Of a DNA stretch of 64,000 nt, positions 26,131 through 39,372 are shown piece by piece. Every line of letters begins with the position of its first letter. Within the stretch, counting starts at the first letter, position 1. A program made the translations under genes and the position numbers. The notes under the pieces are model-generated. The model had not been told where the DNA came from. It searched no databases and saw nothing but the letters and a program-made list of their open reading frames with translations. Source of the stretch: Heterodontus francisci (taxonomy: Eukaryota); the NCBI RefSeq assembly GCF_036365525.1, contig NC_090404.1:4278001-4342000 (forward strand), in the 5' to 3' direction.

Positions 26131-26799
26131 TATACTCCTGCTACCATTTTGGTTTACTTCCTCTGCACTCGCTTCAATGTCTTGAGATTCTTTTTCAATA
26201 GTGGGGACAGCTGTTAAGCCAACAGGCATATAATTTCCTGCTGTCTGTCACACCCCTTTTTGCGAGTTTTCAATCCTCTCGGAGGTTTCCAGAATCTCGG
26301 GTATTTTGGGAGATTGAAACCAATACATCCACTATCTCGACAGCGACTTCTTTTAAAGGGAGATGGAATGGAGCAAGGTGAGGGGATCCCTCGGCTGGTG
26401 TTCAGTGAGTTCAGGAAGATGGTATCAGAGGGAATGGAGCAGGGAGAGAAGATTCCTGGGGTGATCTTCAGTGAGTTCAAGGAGATGGTGCAAGAGGGAA
26501 TAGAGCAGAACAAAGAGGAAGTTCATCTGAGGCGGGGGGGGGGGGGGGCGGGGGTGTTGCGGAGGGCAAAGAACGAGGTATAGTAGAAATGATGGAGGCA
26601 GTGATTCAACATGTGCATAACAGAAAAGTGGACACTGTGTTTGTATCTGACAGAACAGGTGGACAGTGTGGTTTGTGTATATAACAGTAAATTTGAAGTT
26701 AGAGTCTATGTGTCAGATAGGCCTCAGAATCCGGGACTCATTCCTACCGTTTGTCCTCCCTCTTGTGTCTACCAGATCCCAGGCTCTGGGAGTCATCCC

Positions 26800-29700
26800 A
26801 GCAAATAACTTGATTAAAATTCATTGAAACCCTAATTACTTAATTAATTAATTAATAGAGGCGCAACCACACCGAAGGGAGGAGATTACTGCATTTAATA
26901 TTTATAGTAGAAATCTAGTGCCGGGGACCATATAGTTAATTGTAACTTTATTTAGTAAGGATTTAATAAGTATTTCTTTTAAATTAATTTATTAATTAGT
27001 GTTAGAAATGTCTGTTAGAGGGGTAAAGTGCTTCACCTGTGAGATGTGGGAGGTCCGTGACACTTCCAGCATTGCGGACAACATCATCTGCAAGAAGTGT
27101 ACCCAATTGCAGCTCGTCACAGACCGCATGTATCGGTTGGAGCAGCAATTGGATGCGCTTAGGAGCATGCAGGTGGTGGAAAGCATCATAGACAGGAGTT
27201 TTCGAGACGTGAGTACACCCAAGGTGCAGGCAGATGGATGGGTGACCGCTAGAAGGGGCAGGCAGTTAGTGCAGGAATCCCCTGTGGCTGTCCACCTCTC
27301 GAACAAGTATACCGTTTTGGATATTGTTGGGAGGGATGGCCTATCAGGGGAAAACAACAGCAGCAGCCACATCAGTGGCACCATGGCTGGTTCTGTTGTT
27401 CAACAGGGAGAGACAAAGCGCAGAAGAGCTATAGTTCTTGGGTACTCTATAGTCAGGGGCACAGATAGGCGCTTCTGAGGACGTGAAAGAGACTCTAAGA
27501 TCATATACTGCCTTCCTGGTGCCAGGGTCAAGGATGTCTCTGAACGGGCAGGGGGAATTCTGAAGGGGAGGGTGAACAGCCAGAGTTTGTGGTACACATT
27601 GGTCCCAACGACATAGGCAGGAAGAGTGACGGGGTTCTGCAGGAGGAATTCCGGGAGTTAGGTAGTAAGTTAAAAAACAGGACCTCTCGGGTTGTAATCT
27701 CGGGATTACTCCCTGTGCCACGTGCCAGTGAGGCTAGAAATAAGAAGATAGTGTTGCTCAACGCGTGGCTAAACAGCTGGCGTAGGAGGGAGGGTTTCAG
27801 ATATCTGGATCATTGGGATCTCTTCCGCGGCAGGTGGGACCTGTACAAGAAGGACGGGTTGCATCTAAACTGGAGGGGCACAAAAGTCCTGGCCGCGACT
27901 TTTGCTAGCGTCACTCGGGAGGGTTTAAACGAGTGTGGCAGGGGGGTGGGAACAAGAGCAGTTGGTCAGCAGGTGAAATAACTGAGAGGGAACCAGTAAA
28001 TAAGGCAAGTAAGACTGAGAGGAAGAGCAGGCAGGGAGACGTTGACGAGCACAGCGGGACTGGTGGTCTGAAGTGCATTTGTTTCAATGCGAGAAGGAGA
28101 ACAGGTAAGGCAGATGAAATTGGAGCTTGGATCAGTACTTGGAACGATGATGTTGTTGCTCTCACAGAGATTTGGTTGAGGGAAGGGCAGGATTGGCAGC
28201 TAAATGTTCGAGGATTTAGAAGCTTCAGGCAGGATAGAGAAGGGTCTAAAAGGGGTGGGGGAGTTGCATTACTGGTGAAGGAGAATATCACAGCAGTACT
28301 GCGGGAGGACACCTCGGAGGGGTCATGCAGTGAAGCAATGTGGGTGGAGCTCAGGAATAGGACGGGTGCAGTCAAAATGTTGGGGGGTTTCTACAGGTCT
28401 CCCAACAGCCAGTGGGAGAGAGAAAAGCATATATGTAGATAGATTTTGGAAAGATGTAAAAGCAACAGGGTTGTTGTGGTCGGTAATTTTAACTTCCCCG
28501 ATATTGACTGGGACTCAATTAGTGCTCGGGGCTTGGATGGGGCAGAATTTGGAAGGAGCATCCAGAAGGGCTTCTTGAAACAATGTGTTGATTGTCCAAC
28601 TAGGGAAGGGGCCGTACTGTCCCTGATATTGGGGAATGCGCCCAGCCAGGTGGTCGAAGTTTCTGTGAGGTCGCATTTCCAGAACGGTAGCCATAATTCC
28701 GTAAGTTTTAAGGTACTTCTGGATAAGGATAGGAGTAGTCCTCGTGTGAAGGTGCTAAATTGGAGGAAGGCTAATTATAACAATATTAGGCAGGAACTGA
28801 AGAATTTAGCTTGGGGACGGCTGTTTGAGGGTCAATCAACATCTGACATGTGGGAGTCTTTCAAACGTCAGTTGATTAGAATCCAGCACCGGCATGTTCC
28901 TGTGAGGATGACAGAAAAGTTTGGCAAGTTTCGGGAACCTTGGATAACGAGGGATATTGTGAGCCTAGTGAAAAAGTAAAACGAAGCATTCGTAAGGGCG
29001 AGAAGGCTGGGAACATACGAAGCCCTTGAGGAATATAGCGAAAGTAGAAAGCAACTTAAGCAAGGAGTCAGGAGGGTTAAAAGCGGTCATGAAAAGTCTT
29101 TGACAAACAGGATTAAGGAGAATCCCAAGGCTTTATATACGTATATAAAGAACAAGAGGGTAGCCAGGGTAAGGGTTGGCCCACTCAAGGACAGAGGAGG
29201 AAATCTATGCGTGGAGCCTGAGGAAGTGTGCGAGGTACTAAATGAGTACTTTGTATCAGTATTCACCCAAGAGAAGGACTTGGTGGATGATGAGTCCGGG
29301 GAAGGGAGTGTAGATAGTCTGGATCATGTCGATATCAAAAAGGAGGAGGTGTTGGGCGTCAGGAAAAACATTAAGATAGAGATTTCCCTAGCGCCTGATG
29401 GGATCTACCCCAGAGTACTGAGGGAGGCAAGGGAGGAAATTGCTGGAGCCTTGACAGAAATCTTTGTATCCTCATTGGCTACAGGTGAGATCCCAGAGGA
29501 CAGGAGAATAGCCAATATTGTTCCTTTATTTAAGAAGGGTGGTAAGGATAATCCAGGACATTAGAGGCCGGTGAGCCTTACGTCAGTGGTAGGGAAATTA
29601 TAAGGGAGGATTCTTCGGGACAGAATTTATTCCCATTTGGAAACAAATGGACTTATTCGCGAGAGGGAGCATGGTTTTGTGAAAGAGAGGTCGTGTCTCA

Positions 29701-30880
29701 CTAACCTGATCGTGTTGTTTGACGAAGTAACGAAGATGATTGATGAAGGAAGGGCAGTGGAAGCTGTCTACATGGACTTCAGTAAAGCCTTTGACAAGGT
29801 CCTTCAATGCAGATTGGTACAAAAGGTGAAGTTACACGGGATCAGAAGTGAGCTGGCAAGATGGATGCAGAACTGGCTCGGTCATAGAAGACAGACGGTA
29901 GCAGTGGAAGGGTGCTTTTCTGAATGGAGGACTGTGACTAATGGTGTTTTGCAGGGATCAGTGCTGGGACCTTTGCTGTTTGCAGTATATGTAAATGATT
30001 TGGAGGGAAATGTAGCAGGTCTGATTAGTAAGGTTGCAGACGACACAAGGTTGGTGGAGTTGAGGATAGTGATGAGGATTGTCAGAGGATACAGTAGGAT
30101 ATAGATCGGTTGGAGACATAGGCAGAGAAATGGCAGTTGGAGTTTAATCCAGACAAATGTGAGGTCATGCATTTTGGAAGGTCTAATTCAGGCGGGAAGT
30201 ATACAGTAATGTCAGAACCCTTAGGAGTATTGACAGGCAGAGAGATCTGGGCGTACAGGTCCAAAGATCACTGAAAGTGGCAACGCAGGTGGATAAGGTA
30301 GTCAAGAAGGCATATGGCATGCTTGCCTTCATCGGTTGGGGCATAGAGTATAAAAATTGGCAAGTCATGCTGCAGCTGTACAGAACCTTAGTTAGGCCAC
30401 ACTTGGAATATTGCATACAATTCTGGTCGCCATACCACCAGAAGCATGTGGAGGCTTTGGAGAGGGTACAGAAGAGGTTTACCAGGATGTTGCCTGGTCA
30501 GGAGGGTATTAGCTACCAGGAGAGGTTGGATAAACTCGAATTGTTTTCACTGGAACGACGGAGGTGGAGGGGTGGCATGATAGAGGTTTACAAAGTTATG
30601 AGTTGCATGGACAGAGTGTTTAGTCGGAAGGTTTTTCCCAGGGTAGAAGAGTCAGTTACTAGACGACATAGGTTTAAGGTGCGAGGGGCAAAGTTTAAAG
30701 GGGATGTGCGAGGCAAGTTCTTTCCACAGAGGGTGGTGAGTGCCTGGAACCTGCTGCCGGGGGAGGTGGTGGAAGCAGGTATGATAGTGACGTTTAAGAG
30801 GCATCTTGACAAATGCACGAATAGGATGGGAATAGAGGGATATGGTCCCGGATGTGCAGAAGGTTTTAGTTTAGACAGGT
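26800..30880 (+). mobile_element. Near-full-length, inactivated CR1 LINE: ORF1 (CxxC zinc finger, coiled coil, SGNH esterase) and ORF2 (APE endonuclease and RT)
   Basis: CFTC..CKKC, VLGYSIVR (GDS block), HIGPND, DGLHLN; VALTEIWL, VGNFNFP; MDFSKAFDKV, QGSVLGPLLF, ADDT; multiple stops and frameshifts. Confidence 0.95.
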
Positions 30881-30982
30881 TTTATTCATTTTTCTTTGAA
30901 TTGTGCATCCTTGTTTGTCTATTGGGCTTCAGGATGAGGAAGTCATTCCCAGGGGTTGTCCTCTCTGATGTATTAGATAGTC

Positions 30983-32265
30983 TTAGAATTAGAATTAGAA
31001 TTAGAATATTACAGCGCAGTACAGGCCCTTCGGCCCTCGATGTTGCGCCGATCATCTGACCTACACTATTCCATTTACATCCATATGTCTATCCAATGAC
31101 CACTTAAATGCCCTTAAAGTTGGCGAGTCTACTACTGTTGCAGGCAGGGCGTTCCACGCCCCTACTACTCTCTGCGTAAAGAAACTACCTCTGACATCTG
31201 TCCTATATCTTTCACCCCTCAACTTAAAGCTATGTCCCCTCGTGTTTGCCATCCTCATCCGAGGAAAAAGACTCTCACTATCCACCCTATCTAACCCTCT
31301 GATTATCTTGTATGTCTCTATTAAGTCACCTCTCCTCCTCCTTCTCTCTAACGAAAACAACCCCAAGTCCCTCAGCCTTTCCTCGTAAGACCTTCCTTCC
31401 ATACCAGGCAACATCCTAGTAAATCTCCTCTGCACCCTTTCCAAAGCTTCGACATCCTTCCTATAATGCGGTGACCAGAATTGCACGCAATACTCCAGGT
31501 GCGGCCTCACCAGAGTTTTGTACAGCTGCATCATGACCCCGTGGCTCCGAAACTCGATCCCCCTACTAATAAAGGCTAACACACCATATGCCTTCTTAAC
31601 AGCCCTATTAACCTGGGTAGCAACTTTCAGGGATTTATGTACCTGGATACTAAGATCTCTCTGCTCATCTACACTACCAAGAATCTTCCCATTAGCCCAG
31701 TACTCTGCATTGCTGTTACTCCTTCCAAAGTGAATCACCTCACACTTCTCCGCATTAAACTCCATTTGCCATCTCTCAGCCCAGCTCTGCAGCCTATCTA
31801 TGTCCCTCTGTACCCTACAACACCCTTCTACACTATCCACAACTCCACCGACCTTCGTGTCATCCGCAAATTTACTAACCCACCCTTCTACACCCTCATC
31901 CAGGTCGTTTATAAAAATGACAAACAGCAGTGGCCCCAAAACAGAACCTTGCGGTACACCACTAGTAACTAAACTCCAGGATGAACATTTGCCATCAACC
32001 ACCACCCTCTGTCTTCTTTCAGCTAGCCAATTTCTGATCCAAAGCTCTAAATCACCTTCAACCCCATACTTCCGTATTTTCTGCAATAGCCTACCGTGGG
32101 GAACCTTATCAAACGCCTTACTGAAATCCATATACACCACATCCACGGCTTTACCCTCATCCACCTGTTTGGTCACCTTCTCGAAAAACTCAATAAGGTT
32201 TGTGAGGCACGACCTACCTTTCACAAAACCGTGCTGACTATCGCAAATGAACTTATTCTTTTCAA
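30983..32265 (-). mobile_element. Young 5'-truncated CR1 LINE with an open RT C-terminal ORF and (ATTCTA)n tail
   Basis: About 400 aa uninterrupted, including QHGF...DFSKAFDKV...FADDTK; tail repeat at 30983-31007. Confidence 0.95.
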
Positions 32266-32449
32266 GAAGTCCCTTGGATGTGGGCTCATTCATCGGGTTT
32301 TTGCTCCCTGTTGTGGCAGATGGACCCCAGGCTCTCGGAATAATTCCCAGCATTTATTCTTAATGGTCTATCGTTCCAGATATTCATTAGCCTTGAGGAA
32401 TTATTCCCAGGGTTTATTGTCTCTCATGCTTGTGTTATATTTCTAACGT

Positions 32450-32620
32450 GGTCTGTGCCTGCCCTGAGAGCGTTTGCTGGTGCAGTGCAGAGGGTGCTTT
32501 ACTGTGTATCTAACCCGGGCTGTGCCTGCACTGAGAGTGTGTGTTGTCGCAGGGTGAAGGCAGCTGTACTCTGCATTATCCCGTGCACTACCTATCCTGG
32601 GAGTGTTTGATGGACAGTAT
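32450..32620 (-). repeat. Degenerate tandem repeat of about 70 bp (same family as 43350-43740, opposite strand)
   Basis: Units like GAGGGTGCTTTACTGTGTATCTAACCC. Confidence 0.65.
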
Positions 32621-33405
32621 TATTTCATATACTATACTGTATCAGCCTATGATGGAGCAGGGCGCTGCTCTTTAATGCAACGTGGCACCTGCCTGTGACA
32701 GACAAGAAGATGGGAGGTGCTCCTCTTCGCTGTGCGGCCATTCTGTGCCCGGGCATTGGCATTTTGAGGCAGAAGGAAAGGTGTCTTTATTCTGATGGGC
32801 CACTGGATGGCGCAACAGCACCATCACCGAAAGACTTTTGGTTCAAACACAAACCAGACAGGACTGGTGGAAAACAGCTGTCAGGAAAAGGGAAAATGTG
32901 TAATCGGTAAAATGGAGCGTGTGAATGGGCCTTGGAGCAGGGAATTGAGCAAAGTCAAGTTAGTCCATTTGTTACTCAAGATTTATTCACAATTTCAAAA
33001 AAAACATTTTACAGAAACATTTTTAAAGGGTCCAAAGTGAATTTAGCACCTGTGAGTCACATTGAGGACAAAACACATGCGATCTGAGCTGTAGACTACT
33101 TCTAAAATTATTACAGATCACAGAGAAAACAGGGGCTCAACATAAAGAGAAGGAAACAGTTGCAAATAAGGGATGGTTATTTATTTACAGATGAAATTCA
33201 AACTATTGTGAAACTCGAAGGCGCATAGACATGAGAGGTAAGATTATCTGACACAATTCAAAGAGAAAAACGGAAACAATGTTTATGATCTTCTCAGCTA
33301 CAGATTCTGAACCATAAACTGACGGCAATTTACTTTTACAGTTTGTTTGATAATACAGAGATGTTAAAATATAAGGAAAATCCAGGGCGGCCGAAATTCG
33401 ATCGA

Positions 33406-33414
33406 TCACTTAAC
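33406..33414 (-). CDS. IGHM: IgM TM2 exon (VK*)
   Basis: ttacag|GTT AAG TGA gives the KVK cytoplasmic tail; AATAAA at 33180-33185. Confidence 0.92.
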   Translation of the reverse strand, partial: VK

Positions 33415-33546
33415 CTGTAAAAGAGGGATAAAAGAATGAAGCAGAGATTTCGTGGTCTTGGACATTCATCTCAGAACTATGAAATTTTAGAGATTTGTTA
33501 AACAGCTTCATTTAATTTGAAATGTGAGTGGATTGAATATTCTCAC

Positions 33547-33674
33547 CTTCACCAGAGTGACGGCAGCGCTGTAGAAAATGCTCAGGAAGAACAGGATGAT
33601 GAATGTGGAAGCGGTTGTCCAGATGTTGCCGCTCTCTTCCTCATTGTCTTCAATCCAGATGTGGCCTGAGTAAT
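33547..33674 (-). CDS. IGHM: IgM TM1 exon ([43 protein letters not shown])
   Basis: Acidic spacer plus CART-type transmembrane motif; AG/GT boundaries; in frame with the Cmu4 internal donor. Confidence 0.95.
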
Positions 33675-34249
33675 CTTCGGGTTTTTAGAGGAGAAATATA
33701 TTTAGATCGTTCATTAATCCAGGATATAAGATTGTCAATTTGCACTCGCAGAGTTCTTCCTTAAGCCATTATATTGCTCTCTAATTTAATTTTCAGTTTG
33801 TATCCATTGTGAAGTTAATCACTCTCAGCAATCTACCTCTGTTACTAACCCCACAGCCATTCTTCCCATATGATCCTCGTCCAGGCCCTGTTGGAAAATA
33901 TGATATTTCTTCCTTCAGGGTCAGGCGCTATTCTAGTCTGGATCAATCTTGTTCTATCATTCGGGATATCGATGGAATTTTACTGATCAATATCGATAGT
34001 TTTGAGATTTTCATTGGTGCTGGGTAAGAGATTGGATGCGAGTTCTAATCTTGTTTATTTGTGATGGAAGTTGATGGTCAATCATTAACTGACCTCACTT
34101 TCTAAGTGAAAACTTTGCTTCACTGTGTTTGTAGGTCCAACATGTATGAGGGAATATGTTGGAGAAGGTGCCCATTCAAACAGTGCATTTGAATGCAACT
34201 TTCACATATAGCCTGGTGCTTTTGTTTGTATGCTTTAATACATGTGTAT

Positions 34250-35160
34250 GTGTTCATAAGTATCTGTTACTTTGCATCACTCAGTGCGTGTCCATGGCTT
34301 GTGTGTGTGAGATTTAATGTATGTTTTAATGCGTTTCTTTGTGCACCCGCCTGTGAATGTCTCAATGTGCGTATTTATATCTTGATGCCTGTGTGTTGTG
34401 ACCCTGTATGTTAGTATGTGCTTATGTGCCAATGTGTATCAATGTGTGTTTTCAAGTGGCCGCGTGTGTGTGTATGTGCATGTGCGTGTGTATAAAATAT
34501 ATCATCCTTAATGTTTTGTCTTCATTCATCCATGTGTGTGCATGAGCATGATAATGTTTGTTTTTGTGTGTGGTTTGGTCCCCATGCGTGCTTCATGTTG
34601 TGAGCTTTTGTGTTGACAGATATCTTTATGTTTTCCTGTGCGTCAATGTGTGTTTATGTTTCCATGTGTGCGTATGAGTTTGTTAATGTTTGTTTTTGTG
34701 TGCTTCTGTCCCCATAAGTGTGATAATGCGTCTGCTTTTGTGTTGATGTCTACGTTTATGCATTAATATGTGTGATTATGTGCACATGTGTGCTAATGTG
34801 TGTGTTATGTGCGTGTTTTTGCATCCATGTATGTGTCATAATGTTAATGTTGGTGTCTATTTGTATGTGAGTGATCGTGTTAATGTGTCTGTTTAAATGT
34901 TTGTGTGCAGATGTGTTAGTCTGTTAATGTGCGAGTATGTTTCCATCTAGCTGTGTTTATGTCTATGATAATGAAAGCTTTTCGGTCTCTGTTTCTGTGT
35001 TTGTGAGACTGTACTAATGTGTACATTTATGTTTATTTTTGCGTGGGTGACTGTGAAGTGTTTATATCTGCGTTTGAGTCTGTTTGTGTGTGTAGGTGTA
35101 ATTGTGTGGTTGTGCATTTGAGTGTGTTTATGTGTGTTGTTTTGTCTGTGTGCCTGCGCA
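34250..35160. repeat. Degenerate TG-rich low-complexity tract in the Cmu4-TM1 intron
   Basis: Read directly. Confidence 0.85.
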
Positions 35161-35321
35161 TCTTTATTCTTGTTCAAAGTTTTACAGAGAATAAATAACC
35201 GGGTCTGACCCTGACGGTGTGCATTATGGAGAATATTCTTCACTGTTCTGTGTATAAATGTATTCTGTGCGAGATGTCATCTGACATCATCTGAATGACT
35301 GCAACAATGCAACTGATGGAT

Positions 35322-35530
35322 AAAAACAGAAGTTCTGGAAATACTCAGCAGGTCAGACAGCAGCTGTGGACAGAGAAGCAGAATTAACGTTTCAGTTCGG
35401 TGCCCTTTTCACTCACCTGAAATGTTAACTCTGCTTCTCTCTCCACAGATGCTGCCTGACCTGCTGAGTATTTAAGCATTTTCCGTTTTTATTTCAGATT
35501 TCCCCCATGTGCAATATTTTGCTTTTATTT
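35322..35530. mobile_element. Palindromic MITE-like element built from Penelope-like termini (related copies at about 4715-4870, 9955-10060, 51655-52100, 53455-53560, 54905-55240)
   Basis: CTGGAAATACTCAGCAGGTCAGACAGCA... followed by its reverse complement ...TGCTGCCTGACCTGCTGAGTATTT. Confidence 0.75.
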
Positions 35531-36432
35531 CCATGAAACTGATGGGCCTCAGAATCATCAGGAACAGGAGATGATTAAATCTTCAGCTAGATTTAGATGA
35601 TTATGTTATTAGAATTTAACAGGGAAACCGTGAACGATATTACGTTACGTAAATATATATTTTACAATATGATTCCCATGTGGAAAGTTTAAAATCTTCG
35701 CACACTGCGCTCGAAGCCGACTTTGTACTGAAGGCATTTGAGTCCATTTAATAGAGAGCAGAGGGAATGGGAGTATAAGGTTTACAAATGTCCTTGCCCC
35801 TTTTTCTGTTGGAGGAAATATGGGGAGGAGCTACAGTCAGTTCACAATTCTCTTTACCGTCTGTCTGTTGCAGAAGTACCGTTGCAGTGGATTCACAAGT
35901 ACCCTTTCCTCTTCTCTGTTTGGGAAGTGGGGTACAGTGTTTTAGTAAATTCCTCTTCCCCCTCTTTCTGATGGGGGATTTTGGGAAGACTTCGTATTCG
36001 TCTGTGGCCATCACTTCAGTTCCCAGTGCGCATGATGCTGCAACTAAAAACTGACCCTATTCTGAAGGGATGGCCAACACGAGAAGCAGGTACACCGAGA
36101 TATAAATGCACTGCGTATTTTTGTTGGTAAGGAGAAATGTCCAGATTCCCCATCTCCTCCTCCCCGGCCCCCCACCCCTGTCCCCCTCTAATGCTCCCCA
36201 CCGCCTCCCCCTCCTCCAACGGGAGGAAAGTTGCTGAAATTCTTCCACAGAATCCAATAATGAATCAGGTTTACTCTGTGAATTAATATGTGCTGGAAAC
36301 ACTGGTTGTACAAGACTTGGGCCCGAGACCTGCAAATATCATGCTTTGATGAAAAGACCTACACTTAGCAAATGTGGGAAGCACAATTAATTGAGCTGTT
36401 GTGTATTTAAATCGCGATTGGAAGAAAAGGTC

Positions 36433-36451
36433 TTTATTGTGTTTTTTTATT
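36433..36451 (-). terminator. Secretory-form poly(A) signals (two AATAAA)
   Basis: TTTATT on the plus strand at 36433-36438 and 36446-36451, 30-50 nt past the stop. Confidence 0.8.
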
Positions 36452-36479
36452 TAAGAATTGAAATGCAATCGATAAATTC

Positions 36480-36874
36480 TCATTGACATGAATTAACGGT
36501 GTCCAACAGTGCAAGGGAAATGTTCACAAAACTCGGTTTACCGCTGGATTTATTAACTGTTCTGTTGATGATCTTCAAGGGGATCGCTTCATGTCCCACC
36601 ACACAGGAGTAAGAAGCGCCGCTGGCCCACTCCTCCGCTGCAATGGATAACAGGCTGTAGATGAAGAAGGAGCTCTTGTCGTTCTCCGCCATCACCTCGG
36701 TGTTCTTGTAGTTGCCGGGATTCACTGACTTGTCATTGACGGTCCACTTGACAAAGATCTCTCGGGGGGAGAAACCTCGCACTAAGCAGGTGAGGGAGAG
36801 GAACCTCTCAGCGGAGACTTCTTCTGCTGGAGGCAGGAGAACAGACACAGACGGTTCCCGCAGATCTTTCCATG
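36480..36874 (-). CDS. IGHM: IgM Cmu4 exon plus secretory tailpiece ([20 protein letters not shown])
   Basis: Open C1-set domain; internal G|GTAAA donor at 36542/36541 for the membrane form; tailpiece has an N-glycosylation site and penultimate Cys. Confidence 0.97.
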
Positions 36875-37344
36875 CTGAAAAATTAAAATAAATGTCAATA
36901 AACTAGACAATTTCAGAGACAATGACACCGGTGGTTAAATGTGAGAGAAATTGTGAAGGTTTTCCTTTTCCTCTCTGGGGCCTGTGCTGTTTTCCAGCCG
37001 GCGCAGAGGCGCTGCAATCCTGCTCGCCGAGAACATAAAGGATTAGACTGGAAAATTACATAGAACTTGCAGCACAGGAGCAGGCCATTAGGACGAGCTA
37101 GCCTATGCTGGTGTTTATGCTGCACACGGACCTCCTCCCACCTTACTTCAGCTCTTTCTATTCCTTTCTCCATAATCTACGTATCTAGCATCACCTGAAA
37201 TGCATCACCTCTGGTCCCAGGGAGGTTCAATAGTGAATTACAATTAAAGTATCAGCGTAATCCATTCAACCACTTAATTGGGCCTTGCACAAACACCGGC
37301 AAGAAGCACAACCTCTGACTTATTGCTTCAATCACATTGCTCAC

Positions 37345-37650
37345 CTTCCTTGTGGATGGAATCTCTGAGAGGAGTCGGCAGATCCTGATGGCTCACCACA
37401 CAGTAGAACACAGCCTCGCTCAGCCAGGCTTGTGTCGAGATGTCAACAGTGCTGATCACGCTGTCGGGATCCTCACCGGGTTGGACGGCAATCTCTGATT
37501 TCAAAGGCTTCTGTTCTTGTGTCCAGGACACGTTGACACCATAAGGAGCATTAGACACGACGCAGGTTAAGGTGACCGTCGCCTCCAGTAAGACCTGTTC
37601 TATTGATGGTGGCAGTAGTTTAATTACTGGATGATTGCACTCGGAAGAAT
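37345..37650 (-). CDS. IGHM: IgM Cmu3 exon ([19 protein letters not shown]...[13 protein letters not shown]...HKE)
   Basis: 306-nt phase 1-1 exon with AG/GT boundaries; open. Confidence 0.96.
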
Positions 37651-38149
37651 CTGCAGAACAGAAATGAGAGTCAAAGAAATCTCCATCTTCAGGATCAGGA
37701 CGCGAGTATTTAACTATCACTTTCTTAAGGAGGGGAAAAACACCTTTCACTTCAACACTGTCGTTCTAGGGAAGGGCAACGATTTGTAAAATCTGGGACA
37801 TCCAAGCGGATCACATCTCTGCTGAATATAATGGCTCTGTCACCCTAGGACATGAGCTACACGTGAAATTCATACTGGCTCATAACGAATGAAATTACGA
37901 ATTTTCGGACCAACTGGAAACAAAGTTAATGTTCTGGTGCCTTGTCAGTATATTTGGGGAGATGAAAATGTTCAGCAACCAGACAGAGGAGGGGCGAAAG
38001 GTCGGTAAAATGCAGTCCCAAGGTTTTTGTTTTTGTGTGGTGAGGAATAATTCGCAATACTGGATGAGATAGTTTTCTAATATCTGCCACGAGTGAGTAT
38101 TTCTCATGTGTCGGCCTGGAGTTAGAAGGCGATCTGACCACAGGACTGT

Positions 38150-38700
38150 AATAAGAGCATAAGAATAAGAGTAGGCCATTCAGCCCCTCGAGCACGTTCC
38201 GCCATTCAATTACACGATGGCTGAATTGTATCTTAATTCTGTTTACCCATATATAACCCTTAATACCCTTACCTGTCAGAAATCTGTCATTCGCAACATT
38301 AAAGTTTTCAATGGATGTCAAGCTTCTAAAGTGAGTTGGGGGAGAGAATTCCAGATTACCGCTATCTCCTGTGTGAATACTCCCTTCCTGATATCATTCC
38401 TGAATGACCATGGTCTAATCTGAAGGTTATGCCCCCTTGTTCTGAAGTTCCTCACCAGAGGAAATATTTTTCTCCATTGACTCCATCAATTCCAGTAAAC
38501 ATCTTAACCACCTCAATTAGATCACCCTTTAATCTTCTATACTCAAAGCAATACCAGTTTGGCCTGTGAAACCTGTCCTCATAACTTAACCCGATCAGCC
38601 CCGTTATCATTATGGTCAATTCTTGTTGCACCACTCCCAAGGCCAATACATTCTTCCTGTGCTCTGCAGTCCAGAATTGAACACAGTTTTCTAAATAGGG
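38150..38700 (-). mobile_element. Degraded CR1 3' fragment in the Cmu2-Cmu3 intron
   Basis: LENCVQFW and RRLKGDLIEV motifs. Confidence 0.85.
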
Positions 38701-39054
38701 TAGATGCTCTTTCTGGCACCTGATTCCGAGGCCGTTACCAAGAAAGGGTTCCAGATGCCGATTGCTGCTCCGTGTATGATTAGCCCATTCAGGATAAAGC
38801 TGATATCCAGGCCACCTCACTCACTATATGACATCACAGTAGAGCTAAACATTCTTTCATGATGTGATGACATGTTGAACCGTGAGCAATCGTAATTTCT
38901 AATTTCTAAATCCTAAACTCACAGCGAAATGACACATAAAAACTGCACGATGGCGATTTAGAAATTGTTCTTTGTACAAACTCCAATAAATTCCTGACTT
39001 TCAGTAACATGGAGTACAGAAAGGTGTGGAGCTTCCTGGGACTGTGCCTCTTAC

Positions 39055-39372
39055 CTGGAGATCCGGTGATGTTTCGGCTTTGGGTGACCGCTTGATGGGA
39101 GACCTGGCAGGTATAGACCGTGTTGGTGAACCATTCCCGAGCGGGGACTGTCAGCCGACTGGTCGCTGAGAAGTTCCCGTTCGTTTCACAGGCGGGAGAG
39201 GTGACGAAGCCCGATTCCATGGGATGTCCATCCTTCAACCAACTCACGGTTATTGCTTCTGGATGGAAATCGATGATTGAACACACGACAGTTGCAAATC
39301 TGCTGCTTGTGATTTCTTCACTGGAAGTCTGGGTGAGGATAACAGTTGGATGGACGATGTCACCTTTACAAT
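39055..39372 (-). CDS. IGHM: IgM Cmu2 exon ([15 protein letters not shown]...YTCQVSH...NITGSP)
   Basis: 318-nt phase 1-1 exon with AG/GT boundaries; open C1-set domain. Confidence 0.96.
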
